Source: Perkinsela sp. CCAP 1560/9
Lineage: Eukaryota > Protista > Euglenozoa: Kinetoplastea
NCBI GenBank assembly: GCA_965644495.1
Contig: CBFFSA010000010.1
Location: forward strand, 496,001-560,000
Direction: 5' to 3'
DNA: 64,000 nt
The notes beneath the pieces were generated by a model. It did not search any database and had not been told where the DNA came from. It saw only the letters and a program-made list of their open reading frames with translations. The first letter of the stretch is position 1, and every line of letters starts with the position of its first letter. Of this stretch, positions 36,454 to 47,185 are shown in pieces. The position numbers were made by a program, and so were the translations under genes.

Positions 36454-36790
36454 TATTATATTATTGTGTTCCTCTTTATATTTGAACTGTTTTTGTTGGC
36501 TTTTTGGCAATCGGGGTAGCCATCAAAAAGGGGAACGCCCGGATTCCCGGAATGCCGCGGTACAAAAATGGTAACGTAGGGGCGTGCGCTAATGGGTTCG
36601 GGGGATGACAAAAAAAATTGTTCACTTTTTTTTCAATAATCGAGGGTAGAGCAGTAGTTATACAACCACCGCAATTAAGATGTTATGAACGATGCCCTGA
36701 GCGTGAAAAATTAAGGTTCAATCTGACACAATAGAGAGTTTTTCATCTTATCCCTCTTTCCCTCTCCCTCTCCCACCCACCCTCCTCTAC

Positions 36791-37585
36791 ATGAACCCCA
36801 CCCCCACCCTCCCCCACAAACTCCACACCACCACCCTCCCCCAGGAATACCTCCTGGCCCGTCTCATCGCCCCCCTCCACGCCTCATCCCCACACGCCCT
36901 CCCCCCCACGTGGCACACCCACACCCCCGCCTGTGCCTGGGCCGGGGTCCGGTGTGACACGCACCAACACAGCGTCACCCAGCTGCTGTGGCAGCGCAGT
37001 AGCAGTGAACTCCAAGACTACGGCCCCCTGGGGCCCGGGGGCCTGGATTTCACCTCTCTCCCCCCCTCCTTGGTGAAACTCAACGCCTGGGACCACCAAC
37101 TCAGTGGGGGGATTCCCTTAGAGGTGTTCCCCCGGGGGCTGGAGGTTCTCCGGCTGCAGCACAACGCGTTGGGCGGGGGGGTGGAGCTGTTGCATCTCCC
37201 CCCCGCCGCGCGTGTGGTGAATTTAGGGGGGAATCGGTTGCAGGGGGGCGTGGGGCTCACGGGGCTTCCCGCCCCGGGGTTAACCCACCTGTCGTTGGAA
37301 CAGAACCAATTGGAGGGGGAGGTGGTGTTGGGGGGACTTCCCCAGGGGATGGAGTATTTGATCCTGGGGAGTAACCGGTTGGAGGGGGGAGTGGATTTAA
37401 GGAACCTCCCGACGTCGTTGTTGGCGTTGTGTTTGGAGGATCGTCTGCCACCTCAGTTGGAACATTTGTATTTGGATGGGAATGTGGAGCTGTGGGGGAT
37501 TGTGAAGGAGGAGCTTCTGCCGCCATCGCTTACTACGGGGCTTCATGTGGATGATACAAAAATAACGGATGGGACAGAAGAATAG
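36791..37585 (+). CDS. Leucine-rich repeat protein (LPQEY family), compositionally extreme
   Basis: LPQEY, PACAWAGVRC and about 6 LRRs; C-rich 5' part and G-rich 3' part. Confidence 0.8.
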   Translation: MNPTPTLPHKLHTTTLPQEYLLARLIAPLHASSPHALPPTWHTHTPACAWAGVRCDTHQHSVTQLLWQRSSSELQDYGPLGPGGLDFTSLPPSLVKLNAWDHQLSGGIPLEVFPRGLEVLRLQHNALGGGVELLHLPPAARVVNLGGNRLQGGVGLTGLPAPGLTHLSLEQNQLEGEVVLGGLPQGMEYLILGSNRLEGGVDLRNLPTSLLALCLEDRLPPQLEHLYLDGNVELWGIVKEELLPPSLTTGLHVDDTKITDGTEE

Positions 37586-37993
37586 AGGAGTGTGGAGAAC
37601 GTAATCCCCATACGAACCTTTTTTCAGTGAGTTTGTATCTTGTTTCTTGGACGTTGTATTAGCACTCCGAAATTGTGTTGAGTTCTATTCTTTAAACACC
37701 ACGGCACGGCAACGCACCTGATCTAAAATTCGTACCAAAAATCCATGTGATCTAATTCTTATTCTATTTCGCAGATCTCATTGAATAGACTCGGCGTTCA
37801 ATAATCTCGGCATTGAATTATCCGTGGCGTGGTACAGAGTTTACATAGTGTGAGTGTGCATTGTACGAGTAAGTGAGTACGGTACTCTAATACCACACTT
37901 GCCGTACTCACTTTCTTTCAGCTTCAGTTCATTCCCTTGTAGTAGTTGTTGTGTCCACTTTTTTTACTACTTTACAGCACGTCTTCAACCCCC

Positions 37994-38626
37994 ATGATCT
38001 GCTTCTCGGGTGTAGATCACAGTTCCAATTTACGTCGTGGTAAAGTGGCATCTATGTTACTACCGCAGTCGGAAATGATGGAGCAGTTCATTGCCAATCT
38101 GAGTGTGAAGCATCCATCGTGGCGTACCACGCAAAGGAAAATGCTTGTGACAATTAAAGAGGTGTCTGTGTGTACATGGGATGGCATCACATGCAATGGA
38201 CGTGAGGAAATCGTTCGGTTAACGTACAAAGGAGACAAATTGCGTCTTGTGGGAACTCTCCAATGGAAGTGCTTGCCACAAACCATCCTTACGTTACGTC
38301 TGGTGTCCAACGGAATTTCAGGAGAGGTAAAATGGGACAATTTACCGGTGCAAATGGTCTCATTAAATTTGGTGAATAATCAGTTTTCTGGTACTCTACA
38401 ATTGGAATGCCTTCCGCGCGATATCGTTTGCATTTTCCTTAGTGAAAATAGATTCAGCGGCGAACTCGCTTTTGAAAACCTTCCTAGTTCATTGCAACAG
38501 CTTTACTTGTGCGGAAACCAAGATCTTCATGGTGTTGTAGATATCAAAGCTTTACCTTCAACATTGGAAGCTTACGATTTTCGGAGAACTTTGATTGTGG
38601 TGTGCAATGGTGACTCGTTCCGTTGA
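37994..38626 (+). CDS. Leucine-rich repeat protein (LPQEY family)
   Basis: KVASMLLPQSE, CTWDGITC and about 4 LRRs; the first in-frame ATG was used as start. Confidence 0.85.
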   Translation: MICFSGVDHSSNLRRGKVASMLLPQSEMMEQFIANLSVKHPSWRTTQRKMLVTIKEVSVCTWDGITCNGREEIVRLTYKGDKLRLVGTLQWKCLPQTILTLRLVSNGISGEVKWDNLPVQMVSLNLVNNQFSGTLQLECLPRDIVCIFLSENRFSGELAFENLPSSLQQLYLCGNQDLHGVVDIKALPSTLEAYDFRRTLIVVCNGDSFR

Positions 38627-39024
38627 TTGTTTTCAGTACTGTTCTTTGTTCTCAGAACAATGAGAAAACATTTTATCATAAACGGAGGGGGGGGCGGTCA
38701 AAATATTTATTTCACATAAACGAAAACGAATAATAAATTTTTATATGTGTTTTAAATGGTGCCTTGTCATATTTTACGTGCATTGAAAGTGCTTTTCTGA
38801 CATTGTTTTGCATACAGCTGTACTTTTTCGTAGTGGGCAAGCAGCGCGAGATAATCGGCTGAAGTTCGCCGGATTCGTTTATTGTTAACCATCGATAAAC
38901 TTCGATTTTAATGAACTTCCTTCCTACGATGCAGTAAGTACGTGCAGTAAGTCTGTGCTTTGAAAGATTTCAGGGTTCGTGTAAACTTTAAAACTTTCAA
39001 GGAAGTACTTTAAACTTTAAAGTA

Positions 39025-39960
39025 CTGTACCCCCCTAATTATCTGTCGCTACTTTTCGAGAAAAGGTGACAGATAACTAGGGGAGTCAAAGTGCGATCGA
39101 TAACTAGTGGTGTCCCGGACGCCGTGTCAGTCCCCAAAAAAACGAGGGAACGAAATGGTACAGAAACGGTATCTTTATTGCCTAGGAAGATTCCTTTCCA
39201 CCCCCATGGGGTACAATCATATTACAATGTACTATAAGCTGAAGACATGCATCTACAGGTTAACTATCTTGAACGAAAATACCTCTGAAATGTGAAAGCT
39301 AAGTCAATGAGACGATTTTTTTTGGTTTACATAGTGCTTTGGCTACGGCTACATCGTCCGTGCCTGGTCTGCAACAGTGGCGAAAAATGTTTCGAGACCT
39401 GTTTTCTGTTGGGGGGCACAATAATAGCGGCCTTTTCCACTGATTGTGCCCCCCCGGCATAATAACTAACTATAGGCACATTAACCCGGAACAGGGTTAA
39501 TTCAATTTTTGGTGTGCAGTTAGTTCATTACAGTAGAAGTTTTAACTAACACAATGAGGATATCGGAGGGTTTCTCGTGCAGTGGAGTAATAAGAGGGCT
39601 CACTCGTGGAGCAGGCGGCCTTGCTTTAATCCAAGACGAAAGCGGGCCGATAGGTGGCTGAGAAAGGGTAGATAAAGGGGACGGCGAAGTGAAGGGGATG
39701 ATGAAGGGAATCATGAATGGGACGATGATGGAGACGATGAAGCTAACAATTTCCAACTCCTGCTTTCCAATTTGGTCCGTACAACACCACGCAAAGCCAT
39801 TCGCCCAAAAACAGAACAGAAAAAAAAATATAACTTTCGCTTATAACTTTTTAAATTTTTGAACTTTCTTTTTAAAAAGTGACAGATAACTAGGGTGGGT
39901 GGTGGACGAAAAAAATTATTCGAAGGGCCGAAAAGCGACAGATACCTAGGGGTGGTACAG
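39025..39960. mobile_element. pogo-like non-autonomous element
   Basis: TA|CTGTACCCCCCTA ... TAGGGGTGGTACAG|TA with repeated GTGACAGATAACTAG; related ends at about 18480, 48600-48910 and 61289. Confidence 0.7.
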
Positions 39961-39966
39961 TAACTT

Positions 39967-40079
39967 GGCTATGTCTCTACTTCGTTGACGGGTCAACCAA
40001 ATGGCAACCGCTTCGTTGACAGTCGGATTTACTGGCAACGAAGTGGTAGCCAATTGGTTGACCCGTCAACGAGACGTAC
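39967..40079. mobile_element. ~113-bp hairpin insertion with a 10-bp flanking duplication
   Basis: CGTTGACGGGTCAACCAA pairs with TTGGTTGACCCGTCAACG; ACAGTAACTT lies on both sides. Confidence 0.55.
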
Positions 40080-41198
40080 ACAGTAACTTTTGAAGTTGCT
40101 TTATGAAAGTGCTTGATTTTTTCGGAAAACTTTCAAAAAACTTTTTTTTCTTCGTGTACTTCAGAAGGCAGAAATTTCGTTCATGATTTTAATTCGTCTG
40201 TCCTCTATACAATACAAGATATTCTTGTAAGATATTCTTCTAAAAGCTTACTTGGGGCAGGTTTTGCGAATAATTCTTTATTCACGTAGCTAATGCACAG
40301 GGCGACAAGCAGATGGTGGAATGCCAATTGACAATTATTAGGGACAATACCCCCCCCTCTCATTACTCCCCCTTTCATAATTCTTTATAAGTTCGAGCCC
40401 AAAATGATTCTTGGTTTTATATAAATTTATATAAAACTTTGAAACGCCTGAAAAACGCTAAAAGATCAGGGTAAAAAACGGAGCTCGCGGCGCGCAGCGC
40501 CGCGGATTTCTCATTCTGATTCGCGTATCAAATGCATATTTTGAATTTTTTTAGACATTAAGCAGTCTAATAGTTTTAGAAACTTCTTTTTCGGTTCTTT
40601 GTATCGGTCCTCTTTTTTTATTAAAATTCATCAATGTGGTCAAATGCGTGTGACTTTACATACTCCCCCTGTCATTAATAATGATAATCTTAAAAACATT
40701 ATCATTCTATGTGGTGAAGACTCTTAAAGAATTATCAACTTATTTTCATGCACGCAGGATTTTCTTAAAAAAAAGGTTTTTTGAACTAAAAAACTACTGG
40801 TAAGGTTTCAAAAACGGCCCAAATTCGGGTTAAAATTTCGCATTTTTGGCCTGAAAATCATGTTTTTTTGGCGAAAATTACATGTACTATGTACTCCCCC
40901 TGCCATTAATAATGATAATGATAATATTAATCTCAAAAAAATTATCATTTTTGTGGATTATCATTATCATTATTAATGACAGGGGGAGTATCAAATTCGG
41001 TCACCTATTCATACAAACACCCTATGAAAGCGCATAAGAACTAGTAGAACTAATGATCATAATTTATATAAATATTTTTATAAGTAATTCCATCTCGGTA
41101 CCAAACACTTATAAAGCTTTATATAATATAAATATAAATCGCCGAAACACTTATAGTTTATATTTATAAAGAATTATGAAAGGGGGAGTAGTAATTAT

Positions 41199-41549
41199 CA
41201 GGCTAAAGTCGACGAGGGAGATACCAAAGGCACCTTTGGAAAACGACCACAAAACTGGAACACTATCTCCTGTTAGAAATTCCTTTGTCACATCAGAATG
41301 CTTTACAAACCGGGAGATACAGTTCCAGTTTTGTGGTCGTTTTCCAAAAGTACCTTTGGTATCTCCCTCGTCCACTTTTGCCTGGGTTACATAGCCATGA
41401 AAACATGCTCCCCAGAACTCATTACAGCTTCCCACGCGAGGAAGTCGTCGTCGCCGCGGCAAAAAGACAAAAGGCTCCGCCTTCTGCCTTTTGCCTTGCG
41501 CCTCCTCCTTCCTGTTCAGCCTCGCGTGTCACACACTTCAAGTTGAATG
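41199..41549. repeat. Element end: GGGAGATAC hairpin module plus unique arm
   Basis: Palindrome at 41199-41388; the arm is the reverse complement of 60483-60637. Confidence 0.8.
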
Positions 41550-42340
41550 TTGGTCTTTGTAAGTGTATTACCAGCACAGGGTGCAGACGTATCGGTCAAA
41601 GTGAAGCACTATTGCTCCTTTTTTGAAAAAAATAAACGAAGATATTTTTTTAGGTTTATGGACCGCTACTACTTATTTTTTTGATTTCGCTTCTAAAAAG
41701 CTGAGTCTGAACATTAATTAAAGATCCCAACGAGCGAGTCGCTCGCCAGCAATCAATGCTCGCTACGGTTCGCCTTCCAGCAGACAACTTAATTAATTGT
41801 GCTGTTGTGCGCAGTTCGTAGTGATCAACCGTGAAAAAAGGTTGTGTTTTTGATAATCTGACACACTCCAAAAGAAAACATATTTGTTTTAGACCAATAT
41901 TTGAAAAATGCAAAAAAAAAAAAAATTGGCGCAATAATACTTCACTTTCACCGACGTATCGAATGAAACCAAAGCGTATACAAGTATAACAGGTCCCAAA
42001 CTCTCAAAAAAATAATTCTTCTCCCCGGGGCCAACACCAATTTTCACCCAAGAATATCAGGTTTCCGTGCGTTTTGACCTAGGATTTTGAATTCTTTACC
42101 AGTAGGGGTTGTTTAGGTATCTCATCGAAAAAACGTCATATAATGGTATCTGGGCTTCCAAGCTCTCAGAATACGGTTTGGCAATCTACAGTCAGCAAAA
42201 GCTCTGCAATTTGTTTCTTTACGTAACGTGGTGTGGGCCTCATATAGAGTGCAAAATGTAACAGTATAAGATAAACAATGTAATAGTGTAAGATAAACTC
42301 TATAACCTAAAATTCTTCTTACCTAAAATTCTTATTTTCT

Positions 42341-43351
42341 ATGAGGCCCACACCACGTTACGTAAAGAAACAAATTGCAGAGCTCTACGACAGCGGTGTG
42401 TCTATGAGGTCCATCTCTGATACTGTAAATTTAAGTATCTCAACAATTTCTATGATATTAAAAAAAGAAAGGCCTGATACTCTCAGGATGCAGGGTGGAC
42501 ACCCTCGAAAGCTTTCCGAGCCGTGCACACGCCGTGTGCGACGACTTGTGTTCTCCGGAAATTCTGCGCGAGAGGTATCATCTCAGCTGCGCCGCGAGGG
42601 CGTTGCTGATGTTGTTCCTCAGTCTATCCGAGTTTCGATGCACCGCTTCGGACACAAAGGTAGAAAGCGTGTCCGCAAGCCCTACCTGTCCAAGCGCCAT
42701 CGCAAGCTTCGGATGGACTTTGCCACGGCCCATGAGCACTGGACAGTGCACGACTGGGCTCCAGTTGTATGGTCGGACGAGACGAAGATCTCGCGCTTTG
42801 AAACGGGGGGACGTCTTTGGACATGGGGGACCCCGGGGGAGGAACTGGGTGAAAAAGGGGTAATTCCCACGGTAAAGTACGGAGGGGGGCACATCATGAT
42901 TTGGGCGTGCATGTCCCGAAGCGGTGTGGGGCATGTGCGTCTAGTTCAAGGGAACCTGAACGCCACACAGTACGTCGAGATTCTTGAAGAGAATCTTGCC
43001 CCCTCCATCGAAACTATGGGTCTAGACCCCCCAATGGTCATCTTCCAACAAGATAATGACCCCAAGCACACAAGCCATTGTGCGCAACGGCACCTCCGGG
43101 GTACCGGGTTTGAAGTCATGCGGTGGCCCCCGCAGTCCCCTGACTTAAATCCAATCGAAAACGTTTGGGGGGAACTCAAGCGGCGCCTTGCAGCGCACGA
43201 TGATCCACCAAGCGGGGTCCGAGAGTTGTGGGAGAGGGTAAAAATGGAATGGGCGAACATACCACCCTCAGTATGTCGTGCCCAGCTGGACAGTATGCCT
43301 GCCCGTACGAAGGCAGTGCTGAAGGCTCGTGGGGGGAATACTAAATACTAA
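42341..43351 (+). CDS. Intact Tc1-family DD34E transposase (element about 42189-43634)
   Basis: HTH N-terminus, WSDE, QQDND and PIE with 34-residue spacing, ending GGNTKY; element ends TA|CAGTCAGCAAAA and TTTTGCTTACTG|TA. Confidence 0.93.
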   Translation: MRPTPRYVKKQIAELYDSGVSMRSISDTVNLSISTISMILKKERPDTLRMQGGHPRKLSEPCTRRVRRLVFSGNSAREVSSQLRREGVADVVPQSIRVSMHRFGHKGRKRVRKPYLSKRHRKLRMDFATAHEHWTVHDWAPVVWSDETKISRFETGGRLWTWGTPGEELGEKGVIPTVKYGGGHIMIWACMSRSGVGHVRLVQGNLNATQYVEILEENLAPSIETMGLDPPMVIFQQDNDPKHTSHCAQRHLRGTGFEVMRWPPQSPDLNPIENVWGELKRRLAAHDDPPSGVRELWERVKMEWANIPPSVCRAQLDSMPARTKAVLKARGGNTKY

Positions 43352-44179
43352 TTTTAGGGGCATAATCTCTCTTGGGCGATTACGTTTCATCTATTTTTTG
43401 GGACAAGATTTTCTCTATAATAGGTAGCAAAAAAACCTTTCGAATGCTAAACTTTTTTATATTCATTCTATTTCTTTGGTAGAACGAACTGAGGTGAACT
43501 ATCTATGGGTACTATTAGGTGACACTCATGCCTACACTACTAGCACACATTACCAGCGCAACGGTGATATTTAATCAATAGCTCTATACAAAAGAAAAAA
43601 AAACGAAACATTCGAACGGTTTTTTTGCTTACTGTATTTTGAAAAAATATTTTTTTTTACTTTCATTTCGGTCAAAAAAATATTTTTGCCCCCCCCGGCA
43701 AAATTGTTTGAAATTTTGTCGGACACCACCTGAGAGTACAGAGCAGAGTTATATTATCATCTCCGAGTCCTGTGCTACCACTTCCCCTAACTCGATTTTG
43801 AAAACAAGTATATTTGTTTTTCGGCAAAAAAAAGGGACTAGGTCCGGGCCAGGTCCGGGCCAAATTTCGGGAAAAAGTAAACAAAATCTTTGGCGACCAA
43901 TAAATATATGGGAGCGAGGGTGGGTTAAAAGTAATTTTATGGTAAGGTGTGAGGAGGGACCCCACCCTCCCTGGAAAGGGTAAAGTTGTTAAAGTTGGCC
44001 GATCCCGGGCCACGTGAGGGCAAAATTCGGGCAAAAAAACGGTGAAATTTCTGACAAACAATTAATATACGGTAGCGAGGGAGTAGTATCTCCCTCAATA
44101 ATTATAATCTACAAAATTTTTTACAGGTGGGGATGTATTTACGGCAGTCTACGTTACGGATAATATTCTTGTTCATTAT

Positions 44180-44503
44180 TGGATACGTTCAATAATCGAA
44201 CGCTGCTTTGCACACTTTGACAAATTCCGTTTTTTCCATGAAACAGATCACGACCGTGCATGGCTAAAGTCTGCTCTCAAGATTGTATCCGTGGCTGTTT
44301 ACGGGTTGCTAGCTGCAGAGCCACAGAGCCATGACTTCGATGGAGTAATAAATTCTGATTTAAAGGAGATAGATGAGTCTTCATTTTGTTGTTCCAAAGG
44401 TTGTGGGGCTGTTGATCCAAATTATTCTCGTCGAGAATGGCTTACAGAGCACATAGATCATGTAGGATATACTCCAAAACCGCCACTCAAAAACGCAAAG
44501 TAG
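44180..44503 (+). pseudogene. DDE_Tnp_4-type transposase C-terminal remnant
   Basis: RSIIERCFAHFDKFRFF in the frame leading into the 44291 ORF. Confidence 0.4.
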
Positions 44504-45734
44504 ATTATCTCGTTAAAACAACCCATACAACAACAATTTCGTAAAAGATTGCTTTGTAACAGTATTCTTTGTGACAGTATTCTTTGTAACAGTATCATTT
44601 TTTTGTGCTCAGTAGCAACATTTTTGCAGAAAAAAACAGTCTAAATATGCATGAAACTTTGGATCCATGTTCTACATCCGCTGTTGTCCTCCCCACCGCT
44701 TCTAAGCTTCTCATCCTTCACCTTGTCAGGTACTCTTAACCATACCGAAACCGTACCAAAACACCACCCGCAGCCCCTCATTTATTTGCGGATAATCTAT
44801 TTAAGGATAAAAACGTTTTTTCACTTTTTATATAAACGTTTATATTCCCCTGGTATTCAAAAACAAGTAGCTGCGGCGGCGGCAGAGCATATGAACTTAG
44901 ATTCCAAAACAAATTCATTTTTCTTCCGAGGAAATAGAAAGTGTTGCAGACCGCGCGTAGTTTTCTCCATCGCAACTACATTGGTGTATTCTCCCGTACA
45001 ATCCCGAAAACAATATCTTCGAGTTTGGGGTTCCTACAAAACTTGACAATCAGATTAAGTTACATGTAGGCAAGATGAAAAAAACTTATCTACAAGCGGA
45101 TTTATTTACGGATGATCTATGTAAGGATAAAATCGCCAACTTCTTATCCTTTATCCGCAAATAAATATTTCCGTAAATATATCTCCACTGTAGTTTATAT
45201 TTTTCTTTTTTAGTCGCTTCGTTAAAAGCGGTGGTTGCTTTCACCTTAGAAGTCACTTATACTGCGCGCTTCGCGTTGAAAACTACCTCCGCACTTAACG
45301 AAGCGACTAAAAATGAAAAATTCCCAAAAGATCATGAATAAAGTATTTTTCTGGGTGAAACTGCCCGATTTTGCCCCCTCCTGCGCATACCAGGGGGTCA
45401 CCCCAAATATGGGGGTGAAAAATCATCGCCGCGGCATGCTCTACCACTTCCCCGCGCTCGATTTCGGAAATCAAATTTTTGAAAATTTCAGAAAACGACG
45501 TATGCCCCCCCTGGACCCCCCCCTGGACCCCCCCCTGGACCCCCCCCTGGACCCCCCCCCTGGATCCCACCATGAACAGCCCCTTTTTTTGAATTCTTTT
45601 TTCAGTTTTTTGACCACCGGGGCCCCCTTTTATCTTTTTTAATAAAAGGTATTTGTCTGCTTACACACTTTACTCTGGTACTTCATATACAATCTCCTAT
45701 AGCGTGGTAAATTGATAATAGCACTCATACTTTC

Positions 45735-46580
45735 ATGACGCTTTTCGGAATTCCTTGCCTCTTATTTTGCGAAGGCACGGACTTCTCCTCATCCCCTGCT
45801 TCATGTGCGAGTAAGGTGAGAGGCACATTTCTCCCTCAGGAATATGAACTTGCCAAGTTTATCTGTGACATCGAAAACCCAGACCTTTCATGGAGTACTG
45901 AAACGTCTGCATGTGAATGGTATGGAGTGGAGTGTAATGGTGAGGGTGAAGTTATTCGCATTAGGTGGCATGATCGATCACTATGTGGAACACCACATTG
46001 GAAATATTTACCACAATCTCTGTTTTTCATAGACCTGATTAATAATATGCTGAGTGGCCCTGTGGATTTTTCAGCATTACCTCTTGGCTTAGGGTACATG
46101 TACATTCAAGTAAATTTGTTTAGTGGGGACTTACGTTTCGAAATTTTGCCTGCAGCATTGATCGAACTCAATCTGTCGAGATGCCGCTTTAGTGGTCACG
46201 TTGATCTCTCAAATCTTGTGGGTACGCCTCTCTACCAGACCGATTCATATCTTAATATACTAGGTAACCCCGAATTAACAGGATCAGTGCGCAACTTTGA
46301 CTACCCAAGAACGTGGCACATTCCTGATTCATTTTTGTCGTACTTTCAAGCTTTCCGTCGTTATTTGCATTTCATTGTCGTTCCCTTATGTAATTTTTAT
46401 TGTACTTTATTAGTTCTACACGCACCTACTATTACACCACTCCTAGTGAGTTTGGTCCATCTTATAAATGTGATCTATCAAATAAATTTACATGTACATT
46501 TTTATGTGCTGATGCCACTCCTAATTATATTTATCCTCTTTCTTGTACTTGTACCCTATTTTTCAGCTCCGATGCCATAG
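45735..46580 (+). CDS. LRR protein (LPQEY family) with an unrelated hydrophobic C-terminal extension
   Basis: KVRGTFLPQEY, Cys cap and about 4 LRRs up to about 46320, then an AT-rich non-family tail. Confidence 0.75.
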   Translation: MTLFGIPCLLFCEGTDFSSSPASCASKVRGTFLPQEYELAKFICDIENPDLSWSTETSACEWYGVECNGEGEVIRIRWHDRSLCGTPHWKYLPQSLFFIDLINNMLSGPVDFSALPLGLGYMYIQVNLFSGDLRFEILPAALIELNLSRCRFSGHVDLSNLVGTPLYQTDSYLNILGNPELTGSVRNFDYPRTWHIPDSFLSYFQAFRRYLHFIVVPLCNFYCTLLVLHAPTITPLLVSLVHLINVIYQINLHVHFYVLMPLLIIFILFLVLVPYFSAPMP

Positions 46581-46688
46581 TTTCTGACTGAGTAACGGGG
46601 TATGGTAAGTAACGTTCATGCTTGGGAATGTTTTGTGAGAAAATAATAATTAGGCTCCTCGTTAAACGCGGTGGTTGTTTTCAACTTA

Positions 46689-47185
46689 GAGGGTTGAAAC
46701 CTGTTAAGTTTTGCCGGGTTTTGCCAAGTTTTACCAGGACACCTACTTCGGCTTCAAGAAGGGATGTCTCGTGAAAACAATGGCGTAGAAAACTAGTATA
46801 GGTCCCAAACTCTCAAACTACTATAGGTGAAACGATTTTAAATTCTATTTTTTAAGCCATGTTGTTCGCCAAGTTGACTTGCTTTTCAATTTTCTTTTCA
46901 GAAAAACCCGAACTTGGCGGCCCCGTCCTGTTGATACCAGGGGGAGTCGTCCCCGAGTACGGGGGTGGAAAATGTGCGCCAAACCCTCGACTACCCTTTC
47001 TGTGGGTTTATTTTGAAAAGTATTTTTTTTTTTAATTTTATTTTTTCTGGCTCGAAAGTGTTTTGCAGCGCACGATGGGCACCAAGTACGTTCTTCACTA
47101 TTTTTGACAAAGTACTTTTCTTCTCCACGCCAATGAGGAATATGCGGGTTTTGCCAGGTTTTGCATTTCATAGGTTTCAACCCTC
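46689..47185. mobile_element. PIF/Harbinger-type MITE
   Basis: Perfect 14-bp TIR GAGGGTTGAAACCT with a TTA duplication, inserted in the loop of the ~95-bp hairpin module. Confidence 0.85.
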
